Shown here: positions 50,370 through 64,000 of the stretch, piece by piece
How positions within the stretch are numbered: position 1 is the first letter of the stretch
Layout of the letters: each line of letters opens with the position of its first letter
NCBI RefSeq assembly: GCF_006345805.1
Contig: NC_042998.1
Coordinates: 54,932,001 to 54,996,000, forward strand
DNA length: 64,000 nt
Origin: Octopus sinensis
Taxonomy: Eukaryota
Direction: 5' to 3'
Made by a program: the position numbers and the translations under genes
The notes under the pieces: generated by a model
Told to the model about the DNA's origin: nothing
Database searches by the model: none
What the model saw: the letters and a program-made list of their open reading frames with translations, nothing else

Positions 50370-51061
50370 GTGCATGCATGCATACATACATACATACATA
50401 CATACATACATACATAATATAAATATCGGGTTCTGTGAATTCTTGAGGTGACGTAACCCATAATGAGAACCATCGTCCAATTCCAATGGGAAAGTAGATC
50501 GAGAAAAATTAGGGACTTCTAGACAATGCTGAATTAGATAATTATTATTAGTGATAGCTAATGGCAAATTTATTCCTTTCAAATATCCAAAACTTCTGCG
50601 ACAGAAAGAAACTACAACTATTGTGCGGATGTTTCATCCTCTCATACTTCATAGAACATCTTGAATGCATTTGAACTGTCGCAGTCTAGCCTGTCATTGT
50701 TGAAGATCTTACGCTTTGGGGTGAAAAGTAATCTGATGTTCTGAGCAATGAGAATATAGGATTATTGTTTCCCCACGGCATACAAACGTATCTAAATTTG
50801 GGAAGTCGACTAAGTGAGATTTTCTGAGGCAGATCTTCATTAGTTTCCTCGAAGTCTGTGTCTCAATGCACATATGTTGCCTTGCAGACATTTGCAATGT
50901 TCCTGAATGTAGCCGTTCAAAGACGCCAATTGGCCATTCCTAGGCGACATTTTGTCTGAATGCAAACCGGACTTCCTTGACAGTATTCAACCGGCAATGC
51001 GGGCGCATCTCCCTAGTCTGTCCGAAAGACGAATGATGATATCAAATAGATTTGAATATTT

Positions 51062-51227
51062 AGGTGCAGGCGTGGCTGTGTAGTATGAAGCTTGCTTCAC
51101 AACCTCATAGTTCCGAGTTCAGTCCCACTGCGCGACACCTTGGCCAAACGTCTTCTACTATAGCCACGGGCCGACCAAAGACTTGTGAGTGGATTTGGCA
51201 GACGGAATCGAAAAGAAGCCCGTCGTG

Positions 51228-51267
<40 letters not shown>

Positions 51268-51480
51268 GTGTGTTTTTGTGTCTGTTTGTACCCCGCACCG
51301 TTTCACAACCGGCGCTAGTATGTTTACATCACCGTAATTTAGCAGTTCAGCAAAAAACAGAACCAATAGAATAAGTACCAGGTTTTTAAAAAATAAGTAC
51401 TAGTGTCGATTCACTCGACTAAAAAATTCTTCAAGACAGTGTCCCAGCATGGCCGCAGTCTAATAACCGAAACAAATAAA
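51062..51480 (+). mobile_element. SINE family A, older copy
   Basis: Diverged full-length match. Confidence 0.8.
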
Positions 51481-52420
51481 AAAAAATGCAAAAAAAAAAA
51501 CAGAAGCAACGTTCTCCCTCCCTCTTTCTGTGGCGTATCTGTTAAACCAAAGGAAACATCACTCATCTAAGTGCATTAACATGTATGGCCTGACTTAAAG
51601 CAGGGATGCACAACCTTTTTCGTCTAAAGGGCCAATTCGTGAATTCAGTCACTCAAAACATGCATGTAGGAAATCAGTGTTACATAAGGAATAATCGCAG
51701 GCATGGCTGTGTGGTAAGAACTAAAACTAAAGGCTATAACGGTTATTTGAAAATATGAGAGAGGTTTTAGAGAGGGTCCCTCTATAGATGAGTAAGGATA
51801 TCAGAAATTCTAACACCAAATAAGTCGTGTAGGGAAAAGATTGTATAGAAATGTCTTATGGAAATGTATGGCTATATTTGAATTAAGATATGACCTGACA
51901 GAAACGATATATAGATGGCGTATAATTAAGAAAGTTTTAATACATGAGAATGACGTTAAACTACAGGAGATAGTTTATAAAAAGTTACTGTATTGTTAAC
52001 GTAAACAAGTGTTCTAGATAGTAAAAATGTTTAAAAGAGAGAATAAGATTCGTAAAATGGACTAGTGTTTGCATAAGAACTAATATTCGTTTGTATGTAT
52101 GAAATATAAGGTAGAAAAATAAATAAAAACAGAAAAATAGTTGTTTATATTACAATTAGATAGTAAATACTTGCTGTGGCTATAAAGATGAAAAAAACTT
52201 TGCTTTTACTACTTGCACTGAATTAATTTAATTTAATCTAATTACTTTAATTAATTATATTCAACCATGAATTTGCATGATTTTTCACTGTACGAAACGA
52301 TCATCTGCATGAATTAAAATTCTCTTATATATTTTAATGTCTCTTCTCCATTTTTATCAAAATTGTTGAGTTTTATGGGGTTTCTTTCTATAAATCCACA
52401 ACACACCATATATACATACA

Positions 52421-52454
<34 letters not shown>

Positions 52455-52468
<14 letters not shown>

Positions 52469-52857
52469 ACTTGTTTCAGTCATTTGACTGCGGCCATGCT
52501 GGAGCACCGCCTTTAGTCGAGCAAATCGACCCCGGGACTTATTCTTTGTAAGCCCAGTACTTATTCTATCGGTCTCTTTTGCCGAACCGCTAAGTGACAG
52601 GGACGTAAACACACCAGCATCGGTTGTCAAGCAATGCTAGGGGGACAAACACAGACACACAAACACACACTCACACATATATATATATACATAAATACGA
52701 CAGGCTTCTTTCAGTTTCCGTCTACCAAATTCACTCACAAGGCATTGGTCGGCCCGGGGCTATAGCAGAAGACACTTGCCTAAGGTGCCACGCAGTGGGA
52801 CTGAACCCGGAACCATGTGGTTGGTTAGCAAGCTACATACCACACAGCCACTCCTGC

Positions 52858-52908
<51 letters not shown>

Positions 52909-53313
52909 ATATTTTTTTTTTTTTTTACTTGTTTCAGTCATTGACTGCGGCCATGCTGGAGCACCGCCTTTAGTCGAGCAAATCGACCCCGGGACTTATT
53001 CTTTGTAAGCCCAGTACTTATTCTATCGGTCTCTTTTGCCGAACCGCTAAGTGACAGGGACGTAAACACACCAGCATCGGTTGTCAAGCAATGCTAGGGG
53101 GACAAACACAGACACACAAAACACACTCACACATATATATATATACATAAATACGACAGGCTTCTTTCAGTTTCCGTCTACCAAATTCACTCACAAGGCA
53201 TTGGTCGGCCCGGGGCTATAGCAGAAGACACTTGCCTAAGGTGCCACGCAGTGGGACTGAACCCGGAACCATGTGGTTGGTTAGCAAGCTACATACCACA
53301 CAGCCACTCCTGC

Positions 53314-53316
<3 letters not shown>
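52455..53316 (-). mobile_element. Tandem pair of near-identical SINE family A copies (period 456 bp)
   Basis: 52455-52860 and about 52912-53316 differ only by small indels. Confidence 0.9.
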
Positions 53317-53385
<69 letters not shown>

Positions 53386-53937
53386 GGTATGTAGAAAAAT
53401 ACAACATGGACAGAACGTATAACTCTTAGAAGACGATACAATAAACACGGACAGGACATTCGAAACCCTCAGTCTTCAGTCAAGAACCGGATCATCGTAG
53501 TAATTTCGGCTGATTAATCTTGAGATTACTAGATCACGGCCAGCCCTCCAAGAAAAACTAAGCAACGAGCATTAGAAAAACTAAGCTGGGAGCGTAGATT
53601 ACCTGGAAGAAGGATCGAATGCATACGAACACCGGGACAGCAAAAGGGACGAATATAAAAGGCAAAAAAACAATAATGGAATACAGAAACATGAAATACA
53701 GAAGCATTAACGGTGAAAACAACAAGTGTCTTACGACTGATAACAAGCAAACAAATTTTCTCTGGCGCATTGGAAAGGAGCCTTATCGGCGATGCCTTGG
53801 CGGCGGACGAAAAACAACGATGTTAACACGTCGCTGGTGGGAAGCTGAGAGGCAGATTTCGGCCAGCGGTCACGTGACAGAGAAGAGAGAAAAGAAAAGA
53901 AAGAGAAGCAAAGGAAGGAAGATATATATATATATAT

Positions 53938-54508
53938 ATGCGTAGTCTTGGGAGTACTGTTAAGAAGCCTGCTTTGCAACCACCCATCTGGCTCCTGGTT
54001 CAATCCCACTGCGCAGCACTTGAAGCAAGTGAGTTCTACCACAGTCTCGAACAAACCAATTGTCGAGCAGCGGTGGAGGACAAACACATACACACATATT
54101 TACTCTTTTACTTGTTTCAGTCATTTGACTGTGGCCATGCTGGAGCACCGCCTTTAGTCGAGCAAATCGACCCCAGGACTTATTCTGTGTAAGCCTAGTA
54201 CTTATTCTATCGGTCTCTTTTGCCGAACCGCTAAGTTACGGGGACATAAACACACCAGCATCAGTTGTCAAGTAATGTTGGGAGGACAAACACAGGCACA
54301 AAAACATATACACATACACATACATACATATATAAATATACATATATACGACGGGCTTCTTTCAGCTTCCGTCTACCAAATCCACTCACATGGCTTTGGT
54401 CGACCTTAGGCTATAGTAGAAGACATTTGCCCAAGGTGCCACGCCGTGGGACTGAACCTGGAACCATGTGGTTGATAAGCAAGCTACTTACCATACAGCC
54501 ACTCCTGC

Positions 54509-54512
<4 letters not shown>
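53938..54512. repeat. Composite SINE A block duplicated at 57013-57590
   Basis: A diverged plus-strand head fragment joined to a minus-strand full copy, with shared diagnostic variants. Offset 3075 bp. Confidence 0.85.
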
Positions 54513-54569
<57 letters not shown>

Positions 54570-54914
54570 CATACGGTTCTGTTAATTATTATTTTGTTCA
54601 GCATATTCTCTCAGATTCACATTTTGCCGCGATCCTTCCGTTTTTCTAAATCACTCTAAAAGAGCTCAGAACGCTAGCTTCCAGGCAGGCCTTTCGCGAC
54701 ACCCTCAAAGTCAAGAACCTTTCAGCAATCCCGTATATATCAGTTTACTTTGAACGTATCTAAAAACTGTATCTTTTTATGTATTCAACACCTATGCATA
54801 CGGGTAAACGCATTTACGCACTCAAATATACACGTACATACAAATTTAGATATATGGAATGTTATGTATGTATGCGTATATGCATGGCATGCTTGTATGT
54901 ATTTATGCATGTAA

Positions 54915-54954
<40 letters not shown>

Positions 54955-55308
54955 ATTATTATTATTATTATTATACTTTCTAAACTTTCCTGTACTTTCC
55001 GTTCTTTCCTTTTGTCGTTTCTCCACTATTTCTTAGCTCTCCTGTGTGCCCCTTCTGTCCGGCATTCGCCATGATAGATCGGTAGCCACTACACATTTTT
55101 CTCTCTCTCCTTGTTTCTCTTCTTGATTCTTTCTGTGTTCCTTTCTGTGGAAAAGCGTAGGCTTGAAACGTTAAAGATATGTTCAATTCCCGAGCGTTAT
55201 ACTAATACATCTGTTTGTTTTCTACACCACCTGTCTTCGTCTTTTATTTTTTTCGTGAATTCTCCCTATATCTTGAAAGGATGGACTTGGTGCAAACATA
55301 ACTGTATC

Positions 55309-55370
<62 letters not shown>

Positions 55371-55723
55371 TATTATTATTATTAATATTAATAGTAATTT
55401 TTATTAACTTTTATAGCTTTATAATTTTATGAACTGAACCATGGTTTTAATTATTATTTTTCATCTCCCTATGTGTTAGTTTTTTTAAAAAAACTATTAG
55501 CCAAATATGTATAATATCGGTGCTTATTAATATTAATATATACACTGATATATATTTTGTTTTATTTTGTTCTGTTTACCTTCCATTATTGTACCAATGA
55601 GTATTATATTATATAAATGTAGCATTATGAAGTTTATGTATAAGTTTTTATATTTTACATTTTTATATTTTTATATTTATATGTATATGGTTAAATAATC
55701 TTTTTCACAATTATAACAAATTT

Positions 55724-55839
55724 AATTCTCTGAAGAGGCCGTGGGGCATCCTTGTTAATGCCTCATTTATACCTGCCTTTATGGCTTATAGGTTAAATGA
55801 GGTATGACTGCCCTCACTGCCGAAACAGCTGTCAGATTT
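55724..55839 (+). ncRNA. Type I hammerhead ribozyme with long, multi-helix stem II
   Basis: AATTCT-CTGAAGA-GGC(cgtggggca...tgccctcact)GCC-GAAA-CAGCTG-TC-AGATTT. Stem III is the palindrome ACAGCTGT. Inner hairpin CCTCATTTATACCT/AGGTTAAATGAGG. Confidence 0.8.
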
Positions 55840-56758
55840 GATTTAATTACATATTATATTTGAAATTTTATACTTATATCTCTTTGTTTATTTACTCTTA
55901 CTGTATATTTTGTATAATGCCTTTGCTGATATGTAATGGTGTATTAAAGTATTGATCGGGTATCATCTGATAGTTGATGTTTTATTGATTTAAGTATGTT
56001 TCTCCATGTGTATATATACACACATATGTGTGTGTGTGTGTATATATACTCTTTACTTGTTTCAGTCATTTGACTGTGGTCATACTGGAGAACGGCTTTT
56101 AGACGAACAAATCGACCCAAAGACTTATTCTTTGTAAGCCTAGTACTCATTGTATCGGTTTCTTTTGCCGAACCTCTAAGTTACAGGGACGTAAACACAC
56201 CAACATCGGTTGCCAGGCTTTGGTGGGGGGGACAAACACACACACACACACAGGGAACGATCGTGTCTGTATGTATGTCTGTCTGTCTGTCTGTATGTAC
56301 GTATGTATGTCTGTCTGTTTGTATGTATGTCTGTCTGTATGTATGTATGTATGCATATATGCATGTAGGTATGTCTGTATGTATGTGCTGTATAAGAACA
56401 GATAAATCACTTTTTTCAAACGACTAGCTAGATGCATACGAATTATTAATGTCATTTTCTGTCTTAAGAAATTTTAATTGATAGAGGTCAGCCATATCCA
56501 AACTAATCAGCCTGGCGTCAAACAGCATAGAGACCTGCTCTAAACTGTTTTTAGTTTTCTTTTAAAAACCCACCATCGTTAATTTTGTGCGCTACGTTTT
56601 CAATAAACTTTTCAATATTGAGGCGTTTCCTTCTGAGACATCGATATTCCTTCATCATTACCATTGTTGATCTTTACACGTACGCACGCAGACATACGCA
56701 CACATGTACGCGCGCGCGTGCACACATTTGCACACATATACACATATATACATACGCG

Positions 56759-56916
56759 AGTTCAAATTCCACCGAGGTCGACTTTGCCTTTCATCCTTTC
56801 GGGGTCGATTAATAAAGTACCAGTTTTGCACTGGAGTCGATGTAATCGACTTAATCCGTTTGTCTGTCCTTGTTTGTCCCCTCTGTGTTTAGCCCCTTGT
56901 GGGCAATAAAGAAATA
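56759..56916 (+). mobile_element. 5'-truncated SINE family B, Tx1-like tail
   Basis: TSD TATACATACGCG (56747-56758, 56917-56928). Confidence 0.88.
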
Positions 56917-58745
56917 TATACATACGCGTACGCATCGCATCACGGCACACGGACAAACATTAAATAAGTTCATACATATTACGTATATGTTTACTACGTA
57001 CGTTATGCATATATGCGTAGTCTTGGGTGTACTGTTAAGAAGTCTGCTTTGCAACCACCCATCTGGCTCCTGGTTCAATCCCACTGCGCAGCACTTGAAG
57101 CAAGTGAGTTCTACCACAGTCTCGAACAAACCAATTGTCGAGCAGTGGTGGAGGACAAGCACATACACACATATTTACTCTTTTACTTGTTTCAGTCATT
57201 TGACTGTGGCCATGCTGGAGCACCGCCTTTAGTCGAGCAACTCGACCCCAGGACTTATTCTGTGTAAGCCTAGTACTTATTCTATCGGTCTCTTTTGCTG
57301 AACCGCTAAGTTACGGGGACTTAAACACACCAGCATCAGTTGTCAAGTAATGTTGGGAGGACAAACACAGACACAGAAACATATACACATACACATACAT
57401 ACATATATAAATATACATATATACGACGGGCTTCTTTCAGCTTCCGTCTACCAAATCCACTCACATGGCTTTGGTCGGCCTGAGGCTATAGTAGAAGACA
57501 TTTGCCCAAGGTGCCACGCAGTGGGACTGAACCTAGAACCATGTGGTTGGTAAGCAAGCTACTTACCACACAGCCACTCCTACGCCTATACATATGTATG
57601 CTACGGACTTGCACACAGTGAACCAGATCCACTCACAAGGCATTCATGGACCCTGGACTATAGTGGAAGACACTTGCTCAAGGTACCGCGTTGCGGAACA
57701 GAGCCAGGCACTATGTGGTTAGGAAGCAATCTTCAGAACACACAGCACGCCAATTTGTTTTGGGGATTTTTGCTTTTACTTGTTTTTGTTTTTTTTTAAT
57801 TTGTTTGTTTATTTGTTTTCACGCTTAGTGTTTATCCCGTCTTCTTTCACATGTCAGTTTTCTTCAATTCTATCGGGTTTCCATTTTGTACAGGCTAGCT
57901 TTGGTACTCTTCCTGTTTCCTTTCTTCAACCGCTTCTCCTTATTTCCTATCCACTTCCCCTATTTCTCGCCCACGAAACCTGTTTCTCTCTTACGTATAG
58001 CAGTGAGCGAGCATAAAGAAGATGGGTAGAATAGAGAGAGGAAGACACAGAAACGCCTACATTCACTTATATTTCATAGCAATACCTTCCTTGTTCCGCT
58101 TTATATCATTCAACCATCACTTGTTGCTGTCTACCATTTCAGGTCTCATTTTTCAATGTTATTTTTTTCTTAACCAATCTTCCTTTTCTTCTGTCCCTTA
58201 TAATTCTTTCAACCTTTTTGTTAACTTCAGTTTTTTAACTCTAATTTTTTTTATATATGTCTGTCTGCCTGTCTGTCTCTCTCTATATGTCTCTGTCAGT
58301 CTGTCTCTCTCTCCTTCTCTCTCTCTCTGAATTCACTCTCAAACTGGTGCCGATCCAGCTTGGCACCAGCGACGTATTGTTAGTTCGATCCTCTGACCAG
58401 GCTGTGTGTTATGTTCTTGAGCAAGGAACTTTATTTCACGTCGACCCAGTTCACTCAGCTGTAGAAATGATTTGTTGCATCACTGTTAGTGTATATCTTT
58501 TCATTCATGTGCATTAACTACAGCATTAGAGCGGTTTAGCTCTTATTTCTAGCAATGTAAGTGTTTCTTAACATCCTAGTTGCATTTAGTGACATTTATA
58601 ATTCTCCTTCTTCGTGGAATTATTACAAACTGTTATTTATATTAATTGTATGTATGTATGTATGTATGTATGTATGTATGTATGTACGTATGTATGTTTG
58701 TATATGTGTGTGTGTATGTTTGTATGTGTGTATGTATAGGTGTTT

Positions 58746-58785
<40 letters not shown>

Positions 58786-59188
58786 GTGTGTGTATGTGTG
58801 TGTGTTCTCTTTACTCTTTACTCTTTTACTTGTTTCAGTCATTTGACTGCGGCCATGCTAGAGCACCGCCTTTAGTCGAGCATATCGACCCCAGGACTTA
58901 TTCTTTGTAAGCTTAGTACTTATTCTATCGGTCTCTTTTGACGAATATGCATAAACATACACACACACATACACACACACATACACACACACATATATAT
59001 ATGCATATATACATGATTATATGTTTGTGTGAGCATGTATGTATGTATGTACATATGTATGTATGTGTGTGTAATTTTTCAGTTTTATTTCAGTATTCCT
59101 TGCCAATAGAGAAAGAGCCAGTTTCTAACCCAGATCTAAAGCGCCTTCATTGAAATTTCAACATCAACAGGGTAGTTTTGCATGTATA

Positions 59189-59231
<43 letters not shown>

Positions 59232-59504
59232 CATGTGTATGTAAAGCATTTGGAACCATGTGCAGATTGCTGTTTTGTTTTATGTATGTCTAGACATGCG
59301 CATATATATATATACTTAAATGATAAACTTCTGGAAAGTTTTACGGATTTTTACAATTCCAGTGATGTATGTATGTATATATGTTTTCTTCTATTTTTGT
59401 TTATTTGAATTCTTCCTATGTAGAAGGAGCTGGTTAGCAACAGATATACGAAGTTCCATCGCTGAAATGTAGATAACAATAAAAAAAAAAGTTAAATTGT
59501 AGGG

Positions 59505-59912
59505 GTAGGCGTGGCTGTGTGGTAAGTAGCTTGCTTTCGAACCACATGGTTCCGTGTTCAGTCCCACTTCGTTGCACCTTGGGCAAGTGTCTTCTACTCT
59601 AGCCTCGGGTCCACCAAAGCCTTGTCAGTGGATTTGGTAGACGGAAACTGAAAGAAGCCTGTTGTATATATGTGCATATATGTATGTATTTGTGTGTATA
59701 TGTTTGTGTGTCTGTGTTTGTCCCACCAACAACGCTTGACAACCGATGCTGGTGTGTTTACGCCCCCGTACCTTAACGGTTCGGCAAAAGAGACCGATAG
59801 AATAAGTACTGGGCTTACAAAGAATAAGTCCTGGGGTCGATTTACTCGACTAAAGGCGGTGCTCCAGCATGGCCACAGTCAAATGACTGAAACAAGTAAA
59901 AGAGTAAAAGGG
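59505..59912 (+). mobile_element. SINE family A, full-length copy (other fragments at 34070-34270, 47205-47430, 48165-48340, 56045-56250, 58815-58940)
   Basis: Full match to the reference copy. Confidence 0.88.
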
Positions 59913-60127
59913 TAATGAGTTGTAAACTTGAGGAAAGACTTCCACGTCCATACGGTTCCACTTAAAATAGTTTGTATTTGTAATGTGGAGTAAGTTTTTC
60001 TGAGAACCCTAGCTTATCCAGATTCTCACTTACGCATTTACTAACAAAACCAAGTGCACCAATTTTTATTGGTATAAATGTGAATTCATAGTCTGCGTAT
60101 AAAAGTTAGAGCTTTCGAAGCAGCTGT

Positions 60128-60335
60128 CCGTATGTATGTATGTATGTATGTATGTATGTATGTATGTATGTATGTATGTATGTATGTATGTATGTATGTA
60201 TGTATGCATGCATGCATGCATGCATGTATGTATGTATGTATGTATGCATGCATGCATGCATGCATGCATGTATGTATGTATGTATGTATGTATGCATGTA
60301 TGTATATATGTACTTACATACGTACGTATGTATGT
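60128..60335. repeat. (TATG)n/(CATG)n tetranucleotide array
   Basis: Directly visible; (AGAT)n/(AGAC)n arrays also occur at 8555-8705 and 50292-50370. Confidence 0.95.
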
Positions 60336-61634
60336 AATTGTTCAGTTTTATTTCAAGATTTAGCCGGTTTCTAACCTAAACCCAAGTCTCCGTCATGGGA
60401 ATTTCAACATCAACAACAAGTTATTTTTGCTTGTTTGTATGTATGTATGTATGTATGTATGTATGTATGTATGTATGTATGTATGTATGTATGTATAGTT
60501 AATTCAAACACGATCAAAGAGAAAACAACAACGCGAGGACGTGGAACAAGTACAGTGTTATTGAACGCTCGGGAAAGGAAAGAAAGAAGGAGGATTTAAC
60601 GTTTCGAGCGGAGCTTTTCGTCAGAAACATAGAAAAAGGAAAGATCCAAGGAAGGGAAGACGGAGAAAGAAAATCGCCAACGATACACACGCGGTTACAT
60701 ATTGAATGTATGTATGTATGTATGTATGTATGTATGTTTCTTCTATTTTTTTTAATTATCATAAATCTTCCACTGAGGAGGGAGCCGGTTTCCAACAAAG
60801 ATACAGGGCTAAATCTTTGGAATGTAGTTAACACAGACAAATTCACATTTGGAATTTGAGAAAAGTCTTGCATATTTTTACTCACAAGGCATTGATGAAC
60901 TTGGAACTATAGTGGAAAACACATAATCAAGGTGCCGCGCTGTGGAACAGAACCGAGAACCATGTGATTAGGAAACAAACTGTGTATGTATGTATGTATG
61001 TATGTATGTATGTATGTATGTATGTATGTATGTATGTATGTATGTGAGTAGCCAATAGTATGAACGTGGATAGCAAAGATGAAGAATGGTATACTAAATA
61101 TTATACAGAAAATGTTTGCTTGGGATGATTATTGGTTCATCAGAAATTCTTAGCTTATAATCATCTTCACTTCAACGTACAAGAAGCTGCGCAATTACAA
61201 ACAAGACAACTGAAATGGTAGTAGTAGTAGTAGTAGTAGTAGTAGTAACTGCAGCAGCAATAGTAGTAGTAGTAGTAGTAGTAGCTGTAGTAGTAGTAAC
61301 AGCAACAGCAGTAGTAATAGTAGTTGTAGTAGCAGTACTGGTAGTAACAGCAGCAGCAGCAGTAGTAGTATTAGTAGTAGTCGTACTAGAAGTAACAACA
61401 GCAGCAGCAGCAGTAGTAGTAGTAGTAGTAGAAGCAGCGGCAGTGACGGCAGCAGCACCCAAAGAAATTTTTTATTTGATAAAGCTCCCCATAATTTCCA
61501 GTAGGCTAAAAGAGAATTGAATTTTTATCATCATCATCGTCATCGTCGTCGTCATCATCATCATCATCATTATCAATTTTCTTATTATCATTATTATTAT
61601 TATTATTATTATTATGTTATTATTATTATTATTA

Positions 61635-61665
<31 letters not shown>

Positions 61666-61826
61666 AGCGTTATTTCTTTTTTTTTTCACCGAAACAACAA
61701 GGTCATATTTACTGACTGTGACCATTTTTTGCTGAGTAATGATTTGTGTACAACAGAAAATATCAACACAATAACAAGTTCAATCAAAAACATTTGCGTG
61801 TATATGTATGTGTCCGTGTGCATGTA

Positions 61827-61892
<66 letters not shown>

Positions 61893-63029
61893 GCGTGTGT
61901 GTGTAGTGCGGTGGGTGTATGGAAACCAGTATGTGTAAATAGACGCAAAACAACCGAGAAGAAAGAAAGAGGCTTATAGGAGCTGAAGGGGTTGATGGCT
62001 TTGAATTATTGTTGATATAATATGAAATAATATTAACTTTTCATCATGTTCTTTTTTGTTGTTCTTATATATGTTTTTACTTTTTCGTCCAATTAACGCC
62101 TTGGCGTGAAGGAAGATTGAATGTGATAAATAAAATAAAGCTTCTTGTTAGATATAGCTGTTTATTTATTTATTGATTTCTCTACTAGAGTTTAGTAGGT
62201 TTATTTATTCGTTTATTATATTCTTTTATTCGTTTATTCATCAATTAATGTTTCTTTTTTCAAATAAAACTTATATGAATGCGTTAAGTGTGTGTAATGT
62301 TCTCTTCCTTATAAACAATCTTTCTGTTCAGCCATCCATTGATTTGATTCATGGAATTCTCTCCAGTAAGGTTGTCTCTTGCTGGAGGAGACAAAGATAA
62401 TGTAATTCAGGCGTTGCATCCGAAACATCTTGACAGACGCCACTGGAATTGGTTACAAGTTTTTCTGGTCGATCCTCAGTAAACATGATAAAAGATGAGA
62501 ACAGAAGAATACTGACTAAATCAATGAAATACAACAAAGAGAGGGGGAAGGGAAGATGGACAAGAGAGAGAGAGAAAGAAACGAGTAAAGGATGGGAAGG
62601 AGAGAGAGAGACAGAAAGAAAGAAATGAAGGAAAAACAGTATTTTGTACTAATTCATCATTTTATCCTTCAGTAATTATTATTAAAATCAATTTCTTTCA
62701 TCGTCATGGCTCGAATGATATCCTGTCTGAAATGTTATACAGCTGTCTTTTTTCCCTTTATTCTAATTTATTGACGAGATTTCCCTATTGAAACGTTCAT
62801 GTGCTGAAATTTCTCTATATATATGTGTGCGTATGTATGTTTAATGTGAATATGGTGTTTAGTCTATTATATGTAACAATAAGCTGTGTTAGCAAATGGT
62901 AAAATGCTTGATGTAAAAAAAAAAATACTTTCATGAAATTAAAATTTAATTCTTTAATTACAATTAAGCTGTAAACTTATTAGAGGTTTAAATTCTCCTG
63001 AGCTGATTGTTCATCACGGGTACAAAAAT

Positions 63030-63865
63030 GATTTATCGGGTCACGTAGACACATTAAGCAACACATTTGAATACAAAATATTTTGATGGATCTCCCCTTT
63101 TTGACATCTCGATTTTGTAGAGCTCACAGCCTTCTGTGATTCTCAGTAAGTAATTTTCTAACAGCATAGTTTTCACCATGTTGTCTCTTGAATGCATTAC
63201 TAATCTCAAAACCTTTGAGGTCTCTTTTAGCGAATACACTTAAAGCCTGTCTAATACTCCGAAACTAAACAGTTCCTCTCCGTTAATATGTTGTTCAGGC
63301 AGGCGCCTACTCAACATATGAACCATATGTTTCACTCATCTGATTTAAATTGTCAACAGTAAGGTGAAGACGTTTTCATTATTGACTTCGACATTGTTAT
63401 TTACCTTTCTCAGCTAAGTACAACTGAGATATTTACTTTTCGGCTCTCTTCTTCCTTCTTTCTTAATAGGACAGGGTTCTTCGCATTGTTTTCTGAGAAT
63501 ATTTTAAAACATTATCATAGTCTTTAGGGAATTTATTACGAGACCGAAGTTAGCGCAGACTGCGGGTAATTTGTTTATGCAGGTCTAACTGTTCTTATCT
63601 GCGATGGCATTAAGTGCACGTTCCCCACCAAAGAGAAAATATTTCACGTTTGTTTCTTTCAATTTTATGGCAATTTCCAAGCGTCTAGGGTTGTACAGTT
63701 TTCCATCAGGTCTGTATAGGGTGTTGAGGGTCAGTATTCATATATTTGCAGTATAGCTTGAAAAAATAAATGACTCTCGTCTAGGATTATACAATCTTAC
63801 ACAAGTTCTATATAGGGTGTGATTATCATTGTTGCAGTTTTGAACGGCGATGAACACAATACTGT
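63030..63865 (-). pseudogene. Degenerate RTE (BovB-like) LINE reverse transcriptase fragment
   Basis: LYRPDGKLYNPRRLE..VKYFLFGGERALNA..CANFGLVINSLKTMIM matches the RTE pattern YRTDGKLFNLRRL...FLFADDCAL...CDNFGLTISTKKT. Confidence 0.75.
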
Positions 63866-64000
63866 GTAGATCAGTGAATCCCAACGTGGGGCATGGGAAA
63901 GTTGTGATGGGGCGTGGGATCCAAATTTATTATTTTTTTTTTTTAGTGGAACATGGAATTGTGAAAATCTATTTTTCACAGCAAACATACTACATCTACA

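Noticed and set aside
50520-51040. Possible decayed coding sequence or transposase
   Set aside because: Complex sequence, but no motif could be recognised and all frames have stops.

Overview
AT-rich, microsatellite-dense eukaryotic DNA with no convincing host gene, so probably intronic or intergenic. The SINE repertoire and (TA)n/(CA)n/(TATG)n landscape suggest a cephalopod, probably Octopus (inference). Most recognisable sequence is mobile DNA. (1) A full-length 5.2-kb L1/Tx1-clade LINE (28491-33714, minus strand) with a 19-bp TSD, a zinc-knuckle ORF1 and a frameshifted APE-RT ORF2, inserted into an ORF1 fragment of a related element. (2) A complete but dead mariner split by a retro-insertion, a deleted Tc1, Tigger/hAT/Tc MITEs and a head-to-tail Helitron-like dimer. 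(3) RTE and Penelope (GIY-YIG) relics and dozens of tRNA-derived SINEs from at least five families. Two hidden systems stand out. First, about a dozen type I hammerhead-ribozyme motifs with palindromic stem III occur in several unrelated non-coding repeat families, including a tRNA-headed SINE with a hammerhead tail and a Penelope-style inverted end. Second, one SINE family carries either of two 3' tails, one of which matches the 3' end of the Tx1 LINE in this window, and these copies repeatedly nest into their own family. All alignments and folds were done by eye; no ribozyme activity or database match was tested.
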